Shown piece by piece: positions 44,846-54,240 of a stretch of DNA of 54,303 bases. Made by a program: the position numbers and the translations under genes. The DNA comes from a virus. Its lineage: Duplodnaviria > Caudoviricetes. The notes under the pieces are model-generated. The model did not search any database. It saw nothing but the letters and a program-made list of their open reading frames with translations, and was not told where the DNA came from. Numbering within the stretch: position 1 is the first letter of the stretch; each line of letters starts with the position of its first letter. The stretch is from positions 1 to 54,303 of the IMG/VR virus record IMGVR_UViG_3300032313_000663; one strand, written 5' to 3'.

Positions 44846-45196
44846 TTGGCTGACTACGCATTACTGCCGCAGAACTTAAATCTTTCCTTCATAAGAGGGG
44901 ACGAATTCTGGTTCACCGTGGACGCGGATATCAACCTGACTGGCTACACGTTCTCGTCGTCGATCTACAAAGTCACGAGCGTCGTTAACGGCGTGATCAC
45001 AGGGACTCAAGAGGTCGCTCAGTTCACGATCACTCCGATCGATCTCACTACCGGGAGACTCAACCTGTCTCTCCAAGAGAATCAGACCGCCGCTCTCAGC
45101 ACCACCGACACGCTTCGTTGGTACTTTCGATGGGTCGGTCCGGGCGTTGTGACTCGTACCGTTCTGTCTGGCAAGCTGACGCCGGGGGACGCGTGA
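44846..45196 (+). CDS. Putative virion adaptor (beta-rich), paralog of 49289-49615
   Basis: LPQNLNLSFIRGDEF...LTGYT...QTAAL...RTVLSG. Confidence 0.65.
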   Translation: MADYALLPQNLNLSFIRGDEFWFTVDADINLTGYTFSSSIYKVTSVVNGVITGTQEVAQFTITPIDLTTGRLNLSLQENQTAALSTTDTLRWYFRWVGPGVVTRTVLSGKLTPGDA

Positions 45197-45197
45197 C

Positions 45198-47324
45198 ATG
45201 AGCGACGTCATCGTCAACATCACGCCTCCTGCTCCGATCGAGCTTCTGTACTCGCAGGGCGGTGCTGTGGGTCCGCAGGGTCAGACGGGAAGCGTGGGAC
45301 CAGTCGGCCCTACGAACAGACTCGTCGTGGGCACGGTCACTTCTGGTACGGCAGCTTCCGCGACCATCAGTGCCCAGACTGTGGCGAACGGAACAGCGAC
45401 TCAGACTCTGAATCTCGTCCTCCCCCAAGGCGAGACCGGAAGTCAGGGCATTCAGGGAGTCGTGGGACCAGCCGGTCCTGTCAATGTCCTGTCTGTGGGC
45501 AGTGTTGAGACGACTTCGGCGACTACCGCGTCGATCTCGATAACCGGGACGGCACCGTCGCAAGTCATCTCTTTTGTAGTGCCTCGCGGGCCGCAGGGAA
45601 TTCAGGGCGAAGTCGGTCCGTTCATGAGCGTCCAAGTGGGCGGAGTGACGACTGGCGCATCCGGCACAAACGCGAAGGTCGAGACGGTCACAGCCGGTGG
45701 CACGGTGACCTTGAACTTCACCATTCCTCGCGGTGCGGACGCCACTGCAAACCTCGCCGACGAGACTCCTCAGCCACTTGGAATAGCGAGCGTTGGTTCG
45801 GCCCTAAAAGCCGCACGTGCTGACCACGTGCATTCAGTCCCAGCCATTTCATTCGGTTCGTTGACTGGGGTGCCACTCACGTTCAGCCCATCCGCCCACA
45901 CTCACGCCGTAAGCGACGTCGCGAACTTGCAGGCGGCACTGGACTCGAAGCAGCCTGCCGGGAGCTACGCCACGCTCGTAAACGGAGCCGTACCGTCGTC
46001 AATGTTACCGGGCTTTGTCGACGACATTATCGAGTACGCGACTCTCAGTGCCTTCCCGGCAACGAATGATGTTGGCAAGATTTACACGGCGATCGATACG
46101 CGGAAAATCTACCGATGGTCAGGGACTGGCTACGTTGAGATTTCTCCATCCCCCGGCACGACGACTGACGTGCCTGAAGGGACGAATCTCTACCACACGA
46201 CTGCACGTGCCGCAGCAGCAGCACCAGTTCAGAGCGTTTCGGGCCGCACGGGCTCGATCTCGATCACGAAAAGCGACGTGGGTCTCGACAACGTCCCAAA
46301 CACAGACGCAACGGCGAGGGCAAATCACACTGGCACCCAGACGGCATCGACGATCAGCGACTTCGCCGCCGAGGCTGCGAAGTACGGCCCCGTCACCAGC
46401 GTGTCGGGCCGCACGGGTGTCATCACGCTCGCCCAGCTTGGCAGTTCCGGCACCGCGTCAGCATCGACGTTCCTGCGAGGGGATGGGCAGTGGACTGCGG
46501 CGGGTGGCACTAACATCGTCGAGTCGGCCACGGCGGCGGGCTTCCCGGCGACGGGGGCCAGCAGCACTCTGTATATCGCCACTGATGCCAACCGCGTTTT
46601 CAGATTTGATGCGTCTGGCGTATATGTCGAGGTCGGCCCCGGTGCAGTTGCTGCGGTCGGCGGTGGTGGCGCGGGCGGCACGACAGACCCGCTCTGGTCG
46701 AGCGTTCGTCTGCTCTTGCCGCTGGACGCCAACACCTACGACTACCGCTCGGGCCAAGGCAGCACTGTTACGGCTTTCGGCAGTGCAGCGATTGCCAGCA
46801 GTTCGCCAAAGTTCGGCGCAGGTTGTTTGTTTCTCGACGGCAACTCCGACTATTTGCAAGTCGTGGACGGGTTCAACTACATCGTCCCGGGCACAGGCGA
46901 CTTCACTATTGAGGCGTGGGCGCGGCCAGCATTTTTGTCGGCAGAAGCGAACTATGTGTTCGAGGCGCGAGAAACTCAAGTCGCAGGGTACGGCGTCTAC
47001 CTCAATAGCAGCAGCACCGTAGTGGTTGCGTCGTCGTCTGCAACTTCGCTGATAACGGGGGCAGCCCTGTCTACAGGCCAATGGCACCACGTTGCCCTAT
47101 GCCGCGCGAGCGGGACGCTGCGGCTGTTTATCAACGGCACCGTGGCGGGCACGCCCGTTGCGAATACAACAAACTTCGCATCGAACAGACTGCTGATCGG
47201 TCGCTCGCTGTCTGACAGTACGCCGTTCTGGTTCGACGGCAACATTGACGACGTGCGCTACACGTCGGCAGCACGGTATACGAGCAACTTCTCAGTGGCG
47301 ACTGCGGCATTTCCGACAAGCTGA
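45198..47324 (+). CDS. Fibre protein with collagen-like repeats and C-terminal LamG/ConA-like domain
   Basis: GPQG repeats, HTH(A) fibre motifs, VxSVSGRTG twice, GDFTIEAW...WHHVA...IDDVR. Confidence 0.85.
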   Translation: MSDVIVNITPPAPIELLYSQGGAVGPQGQTGSVGPVGPTNRLVVGTVTSGTAASATISAQTVANGTATQTLNLVLPQGETGSQGIQGVVGPAGPVNVLSVGSVETTSATTASISITGTAPSQVISFVVPRGPQGIQGEVGPFMSVQVGGVTTGASGTNAKVETVTAGGTVTLNFTIPRGADATANLADETPQPLGIASVGSALKAARADHVHSVPAISFGSLTGVPLTFSPSAHTHAVSDVANLQAALDSKQPAGSYATLVNGAVPSSMLPGFVDDIIEYATLSAFPATNDVGKIYTAIDTRKIYRWSGTGYVEISPSPGTTTDVPEGTNLYHTTARAAAAAPVQSVSGRTGSISITKSDVGLDNVPNTDATARANHTGTQTASTISDFAAEAAKYGPVTSVSGRTGVITLAQLGSSGTASASTFLRGDGQWTAAGGTNIVESATAAGFPATGASSTLYIATDANRVFRFDASGVYVEVGPGAVAAVGGGGAGGTTDPLWSSVRLLLPLDANTYDYRSGQGSTVTAFGSAAIASSSPKFGAGCLFLDGNSDYLQVVDGFNYIVPGTGDFTIEAWARPAFLSAEANYVFEARETQVAGYGVYLNSSSTVVVASSSATSLITGAALSTGQWHHVALCRASGTLRLFINGTVAGTPVANTTNFASNRLLIGRSLSDSTPFWFDGNIDDVRYTSAARYTSNFSVATAAFPTS

Positions 47325-47342
47325 CACTCAGGGCACTCCACC

Positions 47343-48293
47343 ATGCCATTTTCTTTCCCAGCATCACCAGCACTCAACGCGACCTCAACCCAAAACGGGC
47401 GAGAGTACCGCTACGCCGGTAACAACACATGGGAACTCGTCGCCGCGAGCGGTGGCGGCGGCGGCTCGGGCAGCATCGTCACCGCAGCGACAGTCGCAGG
47501 ATTCCCCGCGACGGGTGCATCGGGCACGCTGTACCTCGCTACGGACACGGCTCGCGCCTACATCTGGGCGGGTGCCTACGTCGAGGCTGGTGTGAGTGGC
47601 GGCGGCACCGACACTGAGTTGCGTGCGTTGTTCACGCCCGGCGCGCCGACGAGCGTGACTCCCACGGCGGGCAACGCACAGGTGTCGCTCGCGTGGACTG
47701 CGCCAACCGTTCTTTCTGTCACTCCAATAACGGACTACACCGTTCAGTTCAGCAGCAACAGCGGCTCAACGTGGACGACGTTCACTCGGTCGGCGTCCAC
47801 TGCGACGAGCGCAACCGTCACGGGGCTGACCAACGGCACGGCGTATGTGTTCCGCGTGTCGGCGGTGAATGGCGTTGGAACAGGAAGCTACTCGGCGGCG
47901 AGCAGTGCCGTTACGCCTGCGGCTGCATCGGCCTCGCTGGCTGTCGCTACGGCTGGAAGCGGCTCTGGAAGTTGGTCGGGGGCTGGAACTCAATCCTCGC
48001 CGTTTGTTCGATCAGCCGTTGGCTGGTCTGGATCAGGCAACTGGGTTGCCGACCCAGTATTTACTGCCAGCGGTAGCGGCTCTGTGCGTATTTCGTGGGC
48101 GAGTCGCGCGCAGGCTGGAGACGCAGACCCGGCACTGTATGTGCAGAAAAACAACACCACAGTCCAGACTCTGGCGTGGTCTAGCAGCGGTGCCTCAATC
48201 ACTCCGGTGAGCGTGGTGGCTGGCGATACAGTGCGACTCGTGACTGAGAACGTAGGCCAACAACTGACAACAGTATCCGCGTGGATTCAGTAA
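47343..48293 (+). CDS. Virion appendage protein with fibronectin type III domain
   Basis: VSLAWTAP...DYTVQFS...VTGLTNGTAYVFRVSAVNGVG. Confidence 0.85.
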   Translation: MPFSFPASPALNATSTQNGREYRYAGNNTWELVAASGGGGGSGSIVTAATVAGFPATGASGTLYLATDTARAYIWAGAYVEAGVSGGGTDTELRALFTPGAPTSVTPTAGNAQVSLAWTAPTVLSVTPITDYTVQFSSNSGSTWTTFTRSASTATSATVTGLTNGTAYVFRVSAVNGVGTGSYSAASSAVTPAAASASLAVATAGSGSGSWSGAGTQSSPFVRSAVGWSGSGNWVADPVFTASGSGSVRISWASRAQAGDADPALYVQKNNTTVQTLAWSSSGASITPVSVVAGDTVRLVTENVGQQLTTVSAWIQ

Positions 48294-48307
48294 GTAGGAG
48301 ATAGCAC

Positions 48308-49237
48308 ATGCCCTTAAGCTTTCCCAGTAGCCCTAGCGTGGGCCAACAATCGACACAGAACGGCCGCACCTACTCGTGGACGGGCTATGCGTGGGAACTC
48401 GTCGCCGCGAGCGGTGGCGGCTCTGGCCTGTCATGGTCAGCCGTGCCAGCCTCCGCGACGGCAAGCGGCACGGCGGGGCAGATAGCGTATGACGGCGACA
48501 ACGGGTTTTTCTACGTTGCGACGGCTACGAATACTTGGAAGCGTGCGGCGATATCAACGTGGACGCTTGATCCGCATTGGCAAAACGTCTCGCTACTACT
48601 GAACGGCGACGGCAACCTCACAGATCTCTCCACCAATAACACATCAATTACAGCGTATGGCAACGTCGCAGCGACAGGGTCGGCGAAGTATGGCAGCGGC
48701 TCAATGACGTTTGACGGCAGCGGCGATTACCTTGCAATGACAGGGCCGCAGTTTGCGTTTGGCACGGCGGACTTCACTATGGAGGCGTGGTTGTTTGTAG
48801 ACAGCCACAACAACGGGTGGCGGACTATTATGGGGGCTTCGACCGATCCGCCCTCAAACGTTGTCGCACCACGGCTTATTCTCTCTGCTGCGTCCGGTGG
48901 CGAGGTAACCAACGGTCTTAAGCTAGACGTGTGGGACGGGTCAACAGGCACGGCGATCAGGGACTCTGTAGCGTTCCCAACGGGGGAGTGGGTCCACATT
49001 GCTCTTGTCCGACAGTCTGGCACGGCAAGGCTTTACAGAGGCGGCGTGCAGGTCGGCAGCACATCAATGACGAGGCAGCTTGCCCGTGAGCAGTTTTTCA
49101 TAGGCAGAGGCTACGACAACGTAGATGGAGAGTACTTCGCGGGGAGAATCGACGACCTGCGAATCACCAAGGGCATTTGCCGCTATCCCGATGGCACCAC
49201 ATTCACGCCAAGCACAACGGCATTTCCTAATGCGTGA
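48308..49237 (+). CDS. Virion appendage protein with LamG/ConA-like domain
   Basis: VSLLL...FDGSGDYL...DFTMEAW...WVHIA...IDDLRITKG. Confidence 0.85.
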   Translation: MPLSFPSSPSVGQQSTQNGRTYSWTGYAWELVAASGGGSGLSWSAVPASATASGTAGQIAYDGDNGFFYVATATNTWKRAAISTWTLDPHWQNVSLLLNGDGNLTDLSTNNTSITAYGNVAATGSAKYGSGSMTFDGSGDYLAMTGPQFAFGTADFTMEAWLFVDSHNNGWRTIMGASTDPPSNVVAPRLILSAASGGEVTNGLKLDVWDGSTGTAIRDSVAFPTGEWVHIALVRQSGTARLYRGGVQVGSTSMTRQLAREQFFIGRGYDNVDGEYFAGRIDDLRITKGICRYPDGTTFTPSTTAFPNA

Positions 49238-49288
49238 CGCGAAGAACCTCGCGTGTGAGATCGGGTACGCGATTGAAGGAGTGACGCG

Positions 49289-49615
49289 ATGAGCAGCACA
49301 TACAACCAGTTACCGGGCACGATGAATTTGGCGTTCCGTCGCTCAAATGACTTCGCCACACTCATCGACTTCGACGGCACGACACTTGTCGGTTACACCG
49401 TCACGGCGAGCGTAAAAAGCCTCGTCACCGGAGCGACCGTGGTGCCGTTCACGACGAGCATCACCGACGCCTCGGCGGGACAGGTCAACATTGCTCTGAC
49501 CGACACGCAGACCGCCGCTCTCGCGGCTGGCACCTACGGCTGGCAGCTTGACTGGGTCGCTCCCGGCAGCGTGCAGCGGACGGCTCTCAGTGGCACCGTG
49601 GAGGTCTACGCATGA
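49289..49615 (+). CDS. Putative virion adaptor (beta-rich)
   Basis: LPGTMNLAFRRSNDF...QTAAL...RTALSG. Confidence 0.65.
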   Translation: MSSTYNQLPGTMNLAFRRSNDFATLIDFDGTTLVGYTVTASVKSLVTGATVVPFTTSITDASAGQVNIALTDTQTAALAAGTYGWQLDWVAPGSVQRTALSGTVEVYA

Positions 49616-49899
49616 CACAGATCACAGCGAGCGTCTCGGCCCAGCCGATTACGGCCAGCGTCAACGCCTCGGGGAGCATCTCCGCGAGCGTGGGCTCGTC
49701 AGTCGTCGAGGCATCGGCAGGCGGCGGCATCGGGCCGCAGGGTCCGCAGGGCGTGATCGGCCCTCCCGGCAACGCACTTTCTGCGGCGAGCGACGTGCAG
49801 TTGAGCGGGGTCGCCGAAGGCGACGTGCTGCGGTACTCGAACAGCAAGTGGCGAAACTACCCCGAAGGCGACATCGTAATCGACGGGCAGAATTTTTAA
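49612..49899 (+). CDS. Short collagen-like fibre protein
   Basis: GPQGPQGVIGPPG; SDVQL...GDVLRY. Confidence 0.7.
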   Translation: MTQITASVSAQPITASVNASGSISASVGSSVVEASAGGGIGPQGPQGVIGPPGNALSAASDVQLSGVAEGDVLRYSNSKWRNYPEGDIVIDGQNF

Positions 49900-49908
49900 G
49901 GAGCAATC

Positions 49909-50616
49909 ATGGCGAATCGTCTTAGGCTGAAGCGTAGAGTCTCAGGCAATGCGGGGTCGCCCGCGACACTCTTGAACGGCGAGGTTGCCTACAACGAGGT
50001 CTCGGATCAGCTTTGGTACGGCAAGGGCTTGGGGCAGGATGGCAACGCCACCAGCGTGATCTGCATCGGCGGCGAAGGCACATACGCCACGAAGAGCCAT
50101 GTCGCCTCGGCGGTCGCTGCGGTTGACGTTTCCTCGCAGCTTGCCAACTACCTGACCACGGCGAATGCGGCGACGACCTACCTGACGATCTCGTCGGCGA
50201 GCAGCACCTACCTCTCGCAGTCGAGTGCGAGCAGCACATATGCGCCTCTGGCGTCTCCAGCACTGACCGGCTCGCCAACCGCCCCGAATCAGACCGCTGG
50301 CGACTCTTCGACGAAGATCGCGAACACCTCGTTCGTCATGACGGCTGTGGCGAATCTGGTGGCGAGTGCCCCAGAGGCACTCAACACACTGGCAGAACTC
50401 GCGACCGCTTTGGGTTCAGACGCCTCGTTCTCCACGACGATCAGCAACAGCATCGGCGGCAAGCTCGCCAAGGCCAGCAACCTTTCTGATCTCACTGACG
50501 CGACCACGGCCCGCACGAACCTCGGCCTCGGCACGATGGCGACTCAGGCGTCGAGCAACGTGAACATCACTGGTGGCAGCATCGACAATATCACGATCGA
50601 CTCAGGAACCTTTTGA
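49909..50616 (+). CDS. Fibre protein with Mtd_N-like N-terminus
   Basis: LRLKRR...L-NGEVAYN; SPALTGSPTAP; APEALNTLAELA; NLSDL...ARTNLGLG. Confidence 0.75.
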   Translation: MANRLRLKRRVSGNAGSPATLLNGEVAYNEVSDQLWYGKGLGQDGNATSVICIGGEGTYATKSHVASAVAAVDVSSQLANYLTTANAATTYLTISSASSTYLSQSSASSTYAPLASPALTGSPTAPNQTAGDSSTKIANTSFVMTAVANLVASAPEALNTLAELATALGSDASFSTTISNSIGGKLAKASNLSDLTDATTARTNLGLGTMATQASSNVNITGGSIDNITIDSGTF

Positions 50617-50618
50617 TC

Positions 50619-50954
50619 GTGGCAAACGTCGTCCGCAACCCGTACAGCAACACGGCTGGCAATGTGCCCAGTTCGCTGGGGAACGGCGTCCTCGCCGTGA
50701 ATCAAGCTGACGGCAGGCTGTTCTACCGCAATGGTGCCGGGTCTGTGACGACGTTCTCGTCGATCGCGTCGTTCGCGACCACAGGGTCGTTCCCGGCAGT
50801 CGGTTTGGCGAATTTGCTGTACCTCGCGTCCGATAGCTCTCGCGCCTATCAGTTCGTGGGCGGGGTATACATAGAGGTCGGCGTGTCTGGTGGCGGCAGT
50901 AGCGGCGGCACAGAAACAGACTCACTTCATCCTTTCCTTCTGATGGGAGGCTAA
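50619..50954 (+). CDS. Short fibre/adaptor protein
   Basis: Mtd_N-like start plus FPAVG module; ends HPFLLMGG. Confidence 0.7.
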   Translation: MANVVRNPYSNTAGNVPSSLGNGVLAVNQADGRLFYRNGAGSVTTFSSIASFATTGSFPAVGLANLLYLASDSSRAYQFVGGVYIEVGVSGGGSSGGTETDSLHPFLLMGG

Positions 50955-50955
50955 T

Positions 50956-51285
50956 GTGCCACAGGCTCACAAAGTTCTTGGGCAAAGCAACCCAACTGCG
51001 ACGACGCTGACAACGCTCTACACAGTGGCGTCTTCCACTAACGTCATTGTGTCAACGATCTCGATTTGCAACCAAGCGGCGGCGTCAGCGACTTACAGGA
51101 TTGCAATTCGACCGGCTGGCGCAACGGCGACGGCAGTTCATTACCTCGTCTTTGATTCTGTGATCCCGGCTAACGACACAATCACACTGACGCTTGGCTT
51201 GACGCTAGCGGCAACCGATGTAATTAGCGTCTACGCAAGTTCTGCCACGGTATCGTTCCATGCCTACGGCGTAGAGATCACATGA
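50956..51285 (+). CDS. Conserved virion-associated small protein
   Basis: KVLGQSNP...LYTV...ICNQ...FHAYGVEI. Confidence 0.75.
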   Translation: MPQAHKVLGQSNPTATTLTTLYTVASSTNVIVSTISICNQAAASATYRIAIRPAGATATAVHYLVFDSVIPANDTITLTLGLTLAATDVISVYASSATVSFHAYGVEIT

Positions 51286-52124
51286 GCCGCAGACTAACAA
51301 GCTCTACATCACTGCGAGGTGCTGCCCTCTCGCCGTTGACGTGGCCTGCGAGGGTTCTTGTTCAGTATTTGATCGCTGGCGGTGGCGGCAGCGGCGGAGC
51401 GGGGCCGCGTGCTGCCGCTGGAGGTGCTGGGGGTGTGTTGACAGGGATATTTCCGGCTACTCCCGGCGTCAGCTACTCTTTCGTTATTGGCGGTGGCGGA
51501 TCACTGGCGTTTGCGCATGGTTCCGGCAATGCAACGCCGGGAACTGCTGGCACGGCGTCTACGGCATTTGGCTTAACTGCATTAGGGGGAGGTCTGGGTG
51601 CTGGCGGCGACGGCTCCATCTCCGGTGGCTTTGGCGCGAGCGGTGGCGGCGCGTGGGCGAGCGGTGCCGCAGGCATAGGATCAGTCGCGCAGGGATTTCG
51701 GGGCGGGTTCGGGGCCAATAGTGGCGTGTACGGCACAGGCGGCGGCGGCGGAGCAGGCGGAGCGGGCGGAAGTGGCACATCATCCGCGAGCGGCAATGGC
51801 GGTGCCGGAATCAATAGCACCATCACAGGCAGTTCAGTCGGCTACGGCGGAGGCGGCAGCGGCGCAAACTTCTCGTCGGCAACCGCTGGGTCTGCATCGG
51901 CGGGCGGCGGCTCAGGACGCAACACTTCGCCCAGCAATCAATCTGCTGCGCAAGGCACTGCGAACCGAGGCGGCGGTGGCGGCAGTGGAGGCAGTGGAGG
52001 ATCGGGCGTGGTCATCCTGCGCAGCACATCGCCAGCGATTGAGACTACCGGATCGCCAACAGTCAGCAACGCTGGCACAGACTATGTCTACACGTTCACG
52101 GGCAGCGGGAGCATCACGTTTTAA
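51282..52124 (+). CDS. Glycine-rich fibre/receptor-binding protein
   Basis: YLIAGGGG...GGSGVVILR...YTFTGSGSITF. Confidence 0.8.
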   Translation: MSRRLTSSTSLRGAALSPLTWPARVLVQYLIAGGGGSGGAGPRAAAGGAGGVLTGIFPATPGVSYSFVIGGGGSLAFAHGSGNATPGTAGTASTAFGLTALGGGLGAGGDGSISGGFGASGGGAWASGAAGIGSVAQGFRGGFGANSGVYGTGGGGGAGGAGGSGTSSASGNGGAGINSTITGSSVGYGGGGSGANFSSATAGSASAGGGSGRNTSPSNQSAAQGTANRGGGGGSGGSGGSGVVILRSTSPAIETTGSPTVSNAGTDYVYTFTGSGSITF

Positions 52125-52417
52125 TGGCACACTTCGCTGAACTTGACGAAAACAACGTCGTCGCGTCTGTAGCCGTGGTATCCAACACGGTGCTTCTCGT
52201 TGACGGCGTTGAGGTTGAGTCGAAAGGCGTTGACCTCATGGAGTCGATCACCGGGCACAGGCGTTGGAAGCAAACGTCATACAGCGGAAGGTTAAGGTGC
52301 AACTACGCAGGCATCGGCATGACCTACCGCGAAGACATTGACGCCTTCGTGCCGCCATGCCCCGGCGAGGGCTGGACGCTGGACGAGTCGACAGGCGAGT
52401 GGGTGCAGCCGCAGTAA
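52124..52417 (+). CDS. Conserved fibre-associated protein
   Basis: MAHFAELDENN...WKQTSY...R.NYAGIG...DAF. Confidence 0.8.
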   Translation: MAHFAELDENNVVASVAVVSNTVLLVDGVEVESKGVDLMESITGHRRWKQTSYSGRLRCNYAGIGMTYREDIDAFVPPCPGEGWTLDESTGEWVQPQ

Positions 52418-52468
52418 TGCTATTTGCGTCAGACGCGGTGCGTGGCAGAACACTCTAGGAGCAAATAC

Positions 52469-52612
52469 ATGCCATTCTTCAGCATCCCAGCCACGCTCTC
52501 CGGTGCTCCGTATGTCGAGCGGACGCACCCGATGTTGATTCCGCTCGCGGCGGCTCTCGGTCTGTCTGAGGCTCAGGTCGATCAGGCGTTTGTCGAGGCG
52601 GCGAGCATTTGA
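52469..52612 (+). pseudogene. Probable fusion remnant of two fibre-region genes
   Basis: AGGAG RBS; MPFFSIPA head joined to APYVERTHPML...VDQAF tail. Confidence 0.45.
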
Positions 52613-52722
52613 GCAAAATCCTAGCCGCCATAGCGATTGCCATAGCCATAGTCGCTCAAGCTCTCATGTTCGCTGCTGAGGCTATCGGAGACATGAGCGA
52701 TGAGTGGAACTCCGATCTCTAA
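52609..52722 (+). CDS. 37-aa hydrophobic peptide (not in ORF track)
   Basis: TTGA overlap; ILAAIAIAIAIVAQALMFAA. Confidence 0.45.
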   Translation: MSKILAAIAIAIAIVAQALMFAAEAIGDMSDEWNSDL

Positions 52723-52822
52723 GGAGCAACTCGCAACTCGTGGAGTGTGCTGTGGCATGAGATGCTTGAACTGCCCATACATACCTAAGCACCAAGGAGG
52801 CTCTCGTGTTCTCAATTCTTAG
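52700..52822 (+). CDS. 40-aa DUF5522-like Cys-rich protein (not in ORF track)
   Basis: RGVCCGMRCLNCPY; GGAG RBS. Confidence 0.7.
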   Translation: MSGTPISKEQLATRGVCCGMRCLNCPYIPKHQGGSRVLNS

Positions 52823-53051
52823 CTGGCTGATCTATGGAGTGATTGTGGGTGGCATTGCGAGGGCCATCTACAAGGGTGACACTCCTCCGGGCTGGATTCC
52901 CACCATTGCCACAGGGGTGGCAGGCTCTGTTTTGGGTGGCATGATCCACTCCATGATCTCAGGGGGCAGACAAGACTCTGCCGGGATCGTTTTTGGAGTG
53001 ATTGGAGGCATTCTGGCCTGCTATCTCTACTCGAAGTGGCAGAATGCCTGA
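52806..53051 (+). CDS. GlsB/YeaQ/YmgE (transglycosylase-associated) membrane protein
   Basis: WLIYGVIVGGIARAI...GVAGSVLGG...GVIGG; AAGGAGG RBS. Confidence 0.85.
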   Translation: MFSILSWLIYGVIVGGIARAIYKGDTPPGWIPTIATGVAGSVLGGMIHSMISGGRQDSAGIVFGVIGGILACYLYSKWQNA

Positions 53052-53325
53052 GCGATTTGGCTTCTTCAAGCCCAAGAAGCCCCCTATCAGGAAGAAAGGC
53101 CCAAGCTTCTCTCAGAGGTATGGGCCAGAATGGGAAGCTATCAGACTTCAAGTCTTAGTGAGAGACAATTGGCAATGCAGGCATTGTGGGAGAGTTTGTG
53201 GAGATAGGTGGGAAGCACAAGTTGACCACATTGTGCCACTTAGGCAATCTGAGAATCACTCAGAAGAGAATCTCCAGACTCTGTGCATCAGATGCCATCT
53301 CAAGAAGACTCAGCAAGGCCTCTAG
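53044..53325 (+). CDS. HNH endonuclease (terminase-associated type)
   Basis: RDNWQCRHC...VDHIVP...NLQTLCIRCH..KT; upstream of terS. Confidence 0.9.
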   Translation: MPERFGFFKPKKPPIRKKGPSFSQRYGPEWEAIRLQVLVRDNWQCRHCGRVCGDRWEAQVDHIVPLRQSENHSEENLQTLCIRCHLKKTQQGL

Positions 53326-53399
53326 CTCTCGATTTAAGACAGTTCTGAATAGTCTGGGTATGGGGACACCCTTTTCGAGAAGTGGGCTTTGTAGCTCAT

Positions 53400-53590
53400 T
53401 TAATGCAATACCCCAATACCCCATTTTTCTTCTATATAGGGCCAATTTGAAAAAATCTCCAGAAATGGGGTTTTTGGGGTATTGGGGTTTTTACCTTTGT
53501 TTTTCTCGAAGAAAACACAGAAAAAAGTAATACCCCAATTCGCGGAATCGGGGTATGAGGGGTTTTGGTTTTGGTCCCTATATAGAAAAG
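53400..53590. repeat. AT-rich inverted/iteron repeat region upstream of terS
   Basis: Several AATACCCC/GGGGTATT copies; TTCTATATAGGGCCAA (53430-53445) inverted as TTGGTCCCTATATAGAA (53571-53587). Confidence 0.75.
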
Positions 53591-53775
53591 TCGCTTGCAA
53601 AGCTGGATTCGACTTTACGGCTTTTGCCAAGAGGTTCATACTCGCATGCAGACGCGAAAGTAGGCCCACTCCGGGGGAGTATCGTTTTCCCCAGCGTTTT
53701 ACGCTTACCGGCCCACACCGGGCCGAACCGTGAGCGGCTGCAAAAAAATCAGGAGGGGCTTTTTGCCCCTAAAAC

Positions 53776-54240
53776 ATGGGTCGCCCGCCGATCCCCACAG
53801 CCATCAAGATCGTTCGCGGCAACCCCGGCCAGAGACCGATCAACACTGATGAGCCTCAGCCGCCACCGGCCGACTGCACGCCGCCTGAGACTCTCAGCGA
53901 CGTCGGCGTGGAAAAATGGCTTGAGCTTACAGACTTGCTCAGTAGGATGGGCGTGTTTACCCTCGCAGATCGCAGCGCGATCGAGAGGTACTGCTTGCTC
54001 CACGAGCAATGGATGATCGTGGTAAAGCACGTTCGAGAGAACGGAATGACGCAAGTCACGCAGACTGGATACAGCCAACTGACCGCAGAGGGGTCACTGT
54101 TCAAGAGTTTGCCGGGCGATCTGCTCAAGTTAGAGCAGCAGTTCGGCATGACTCCGGCAGCGAGGTCTAGTCTCAAGGTAACGGATGCCGCTGCCCCCGC
54201 CGATCCGCTTGACGCGTTTGTCAAAAGCAGACGCGCTTAG
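53776..54240 (+). CDS. terS: Terminase small subunit, P27 family
   Basis: GRPPIPTAIK..RGNPG.RP.N..EP...D...IERYC...FGMTPAAR. Confidence 0.92.
   Translation: MGRPPIPTAIKIVRGNPGQRPINTDEPQPPPADCTPPETLSDVGVEKWLELTDLLSRMGVFTLADRSAIERYCLLHEQWMIVVKHVRENGMTQVTQTGYSQLTAEGSLFKSLPGDLLKLEQQFGMTPAARSSLKVTDAAAPADPLDAFVKSRRA

Noticed and set aside
51360-52010. GGC-rich low-complexity DNA as a tandem repeat element
   Set aside because: Explained by the glycine-rich protein
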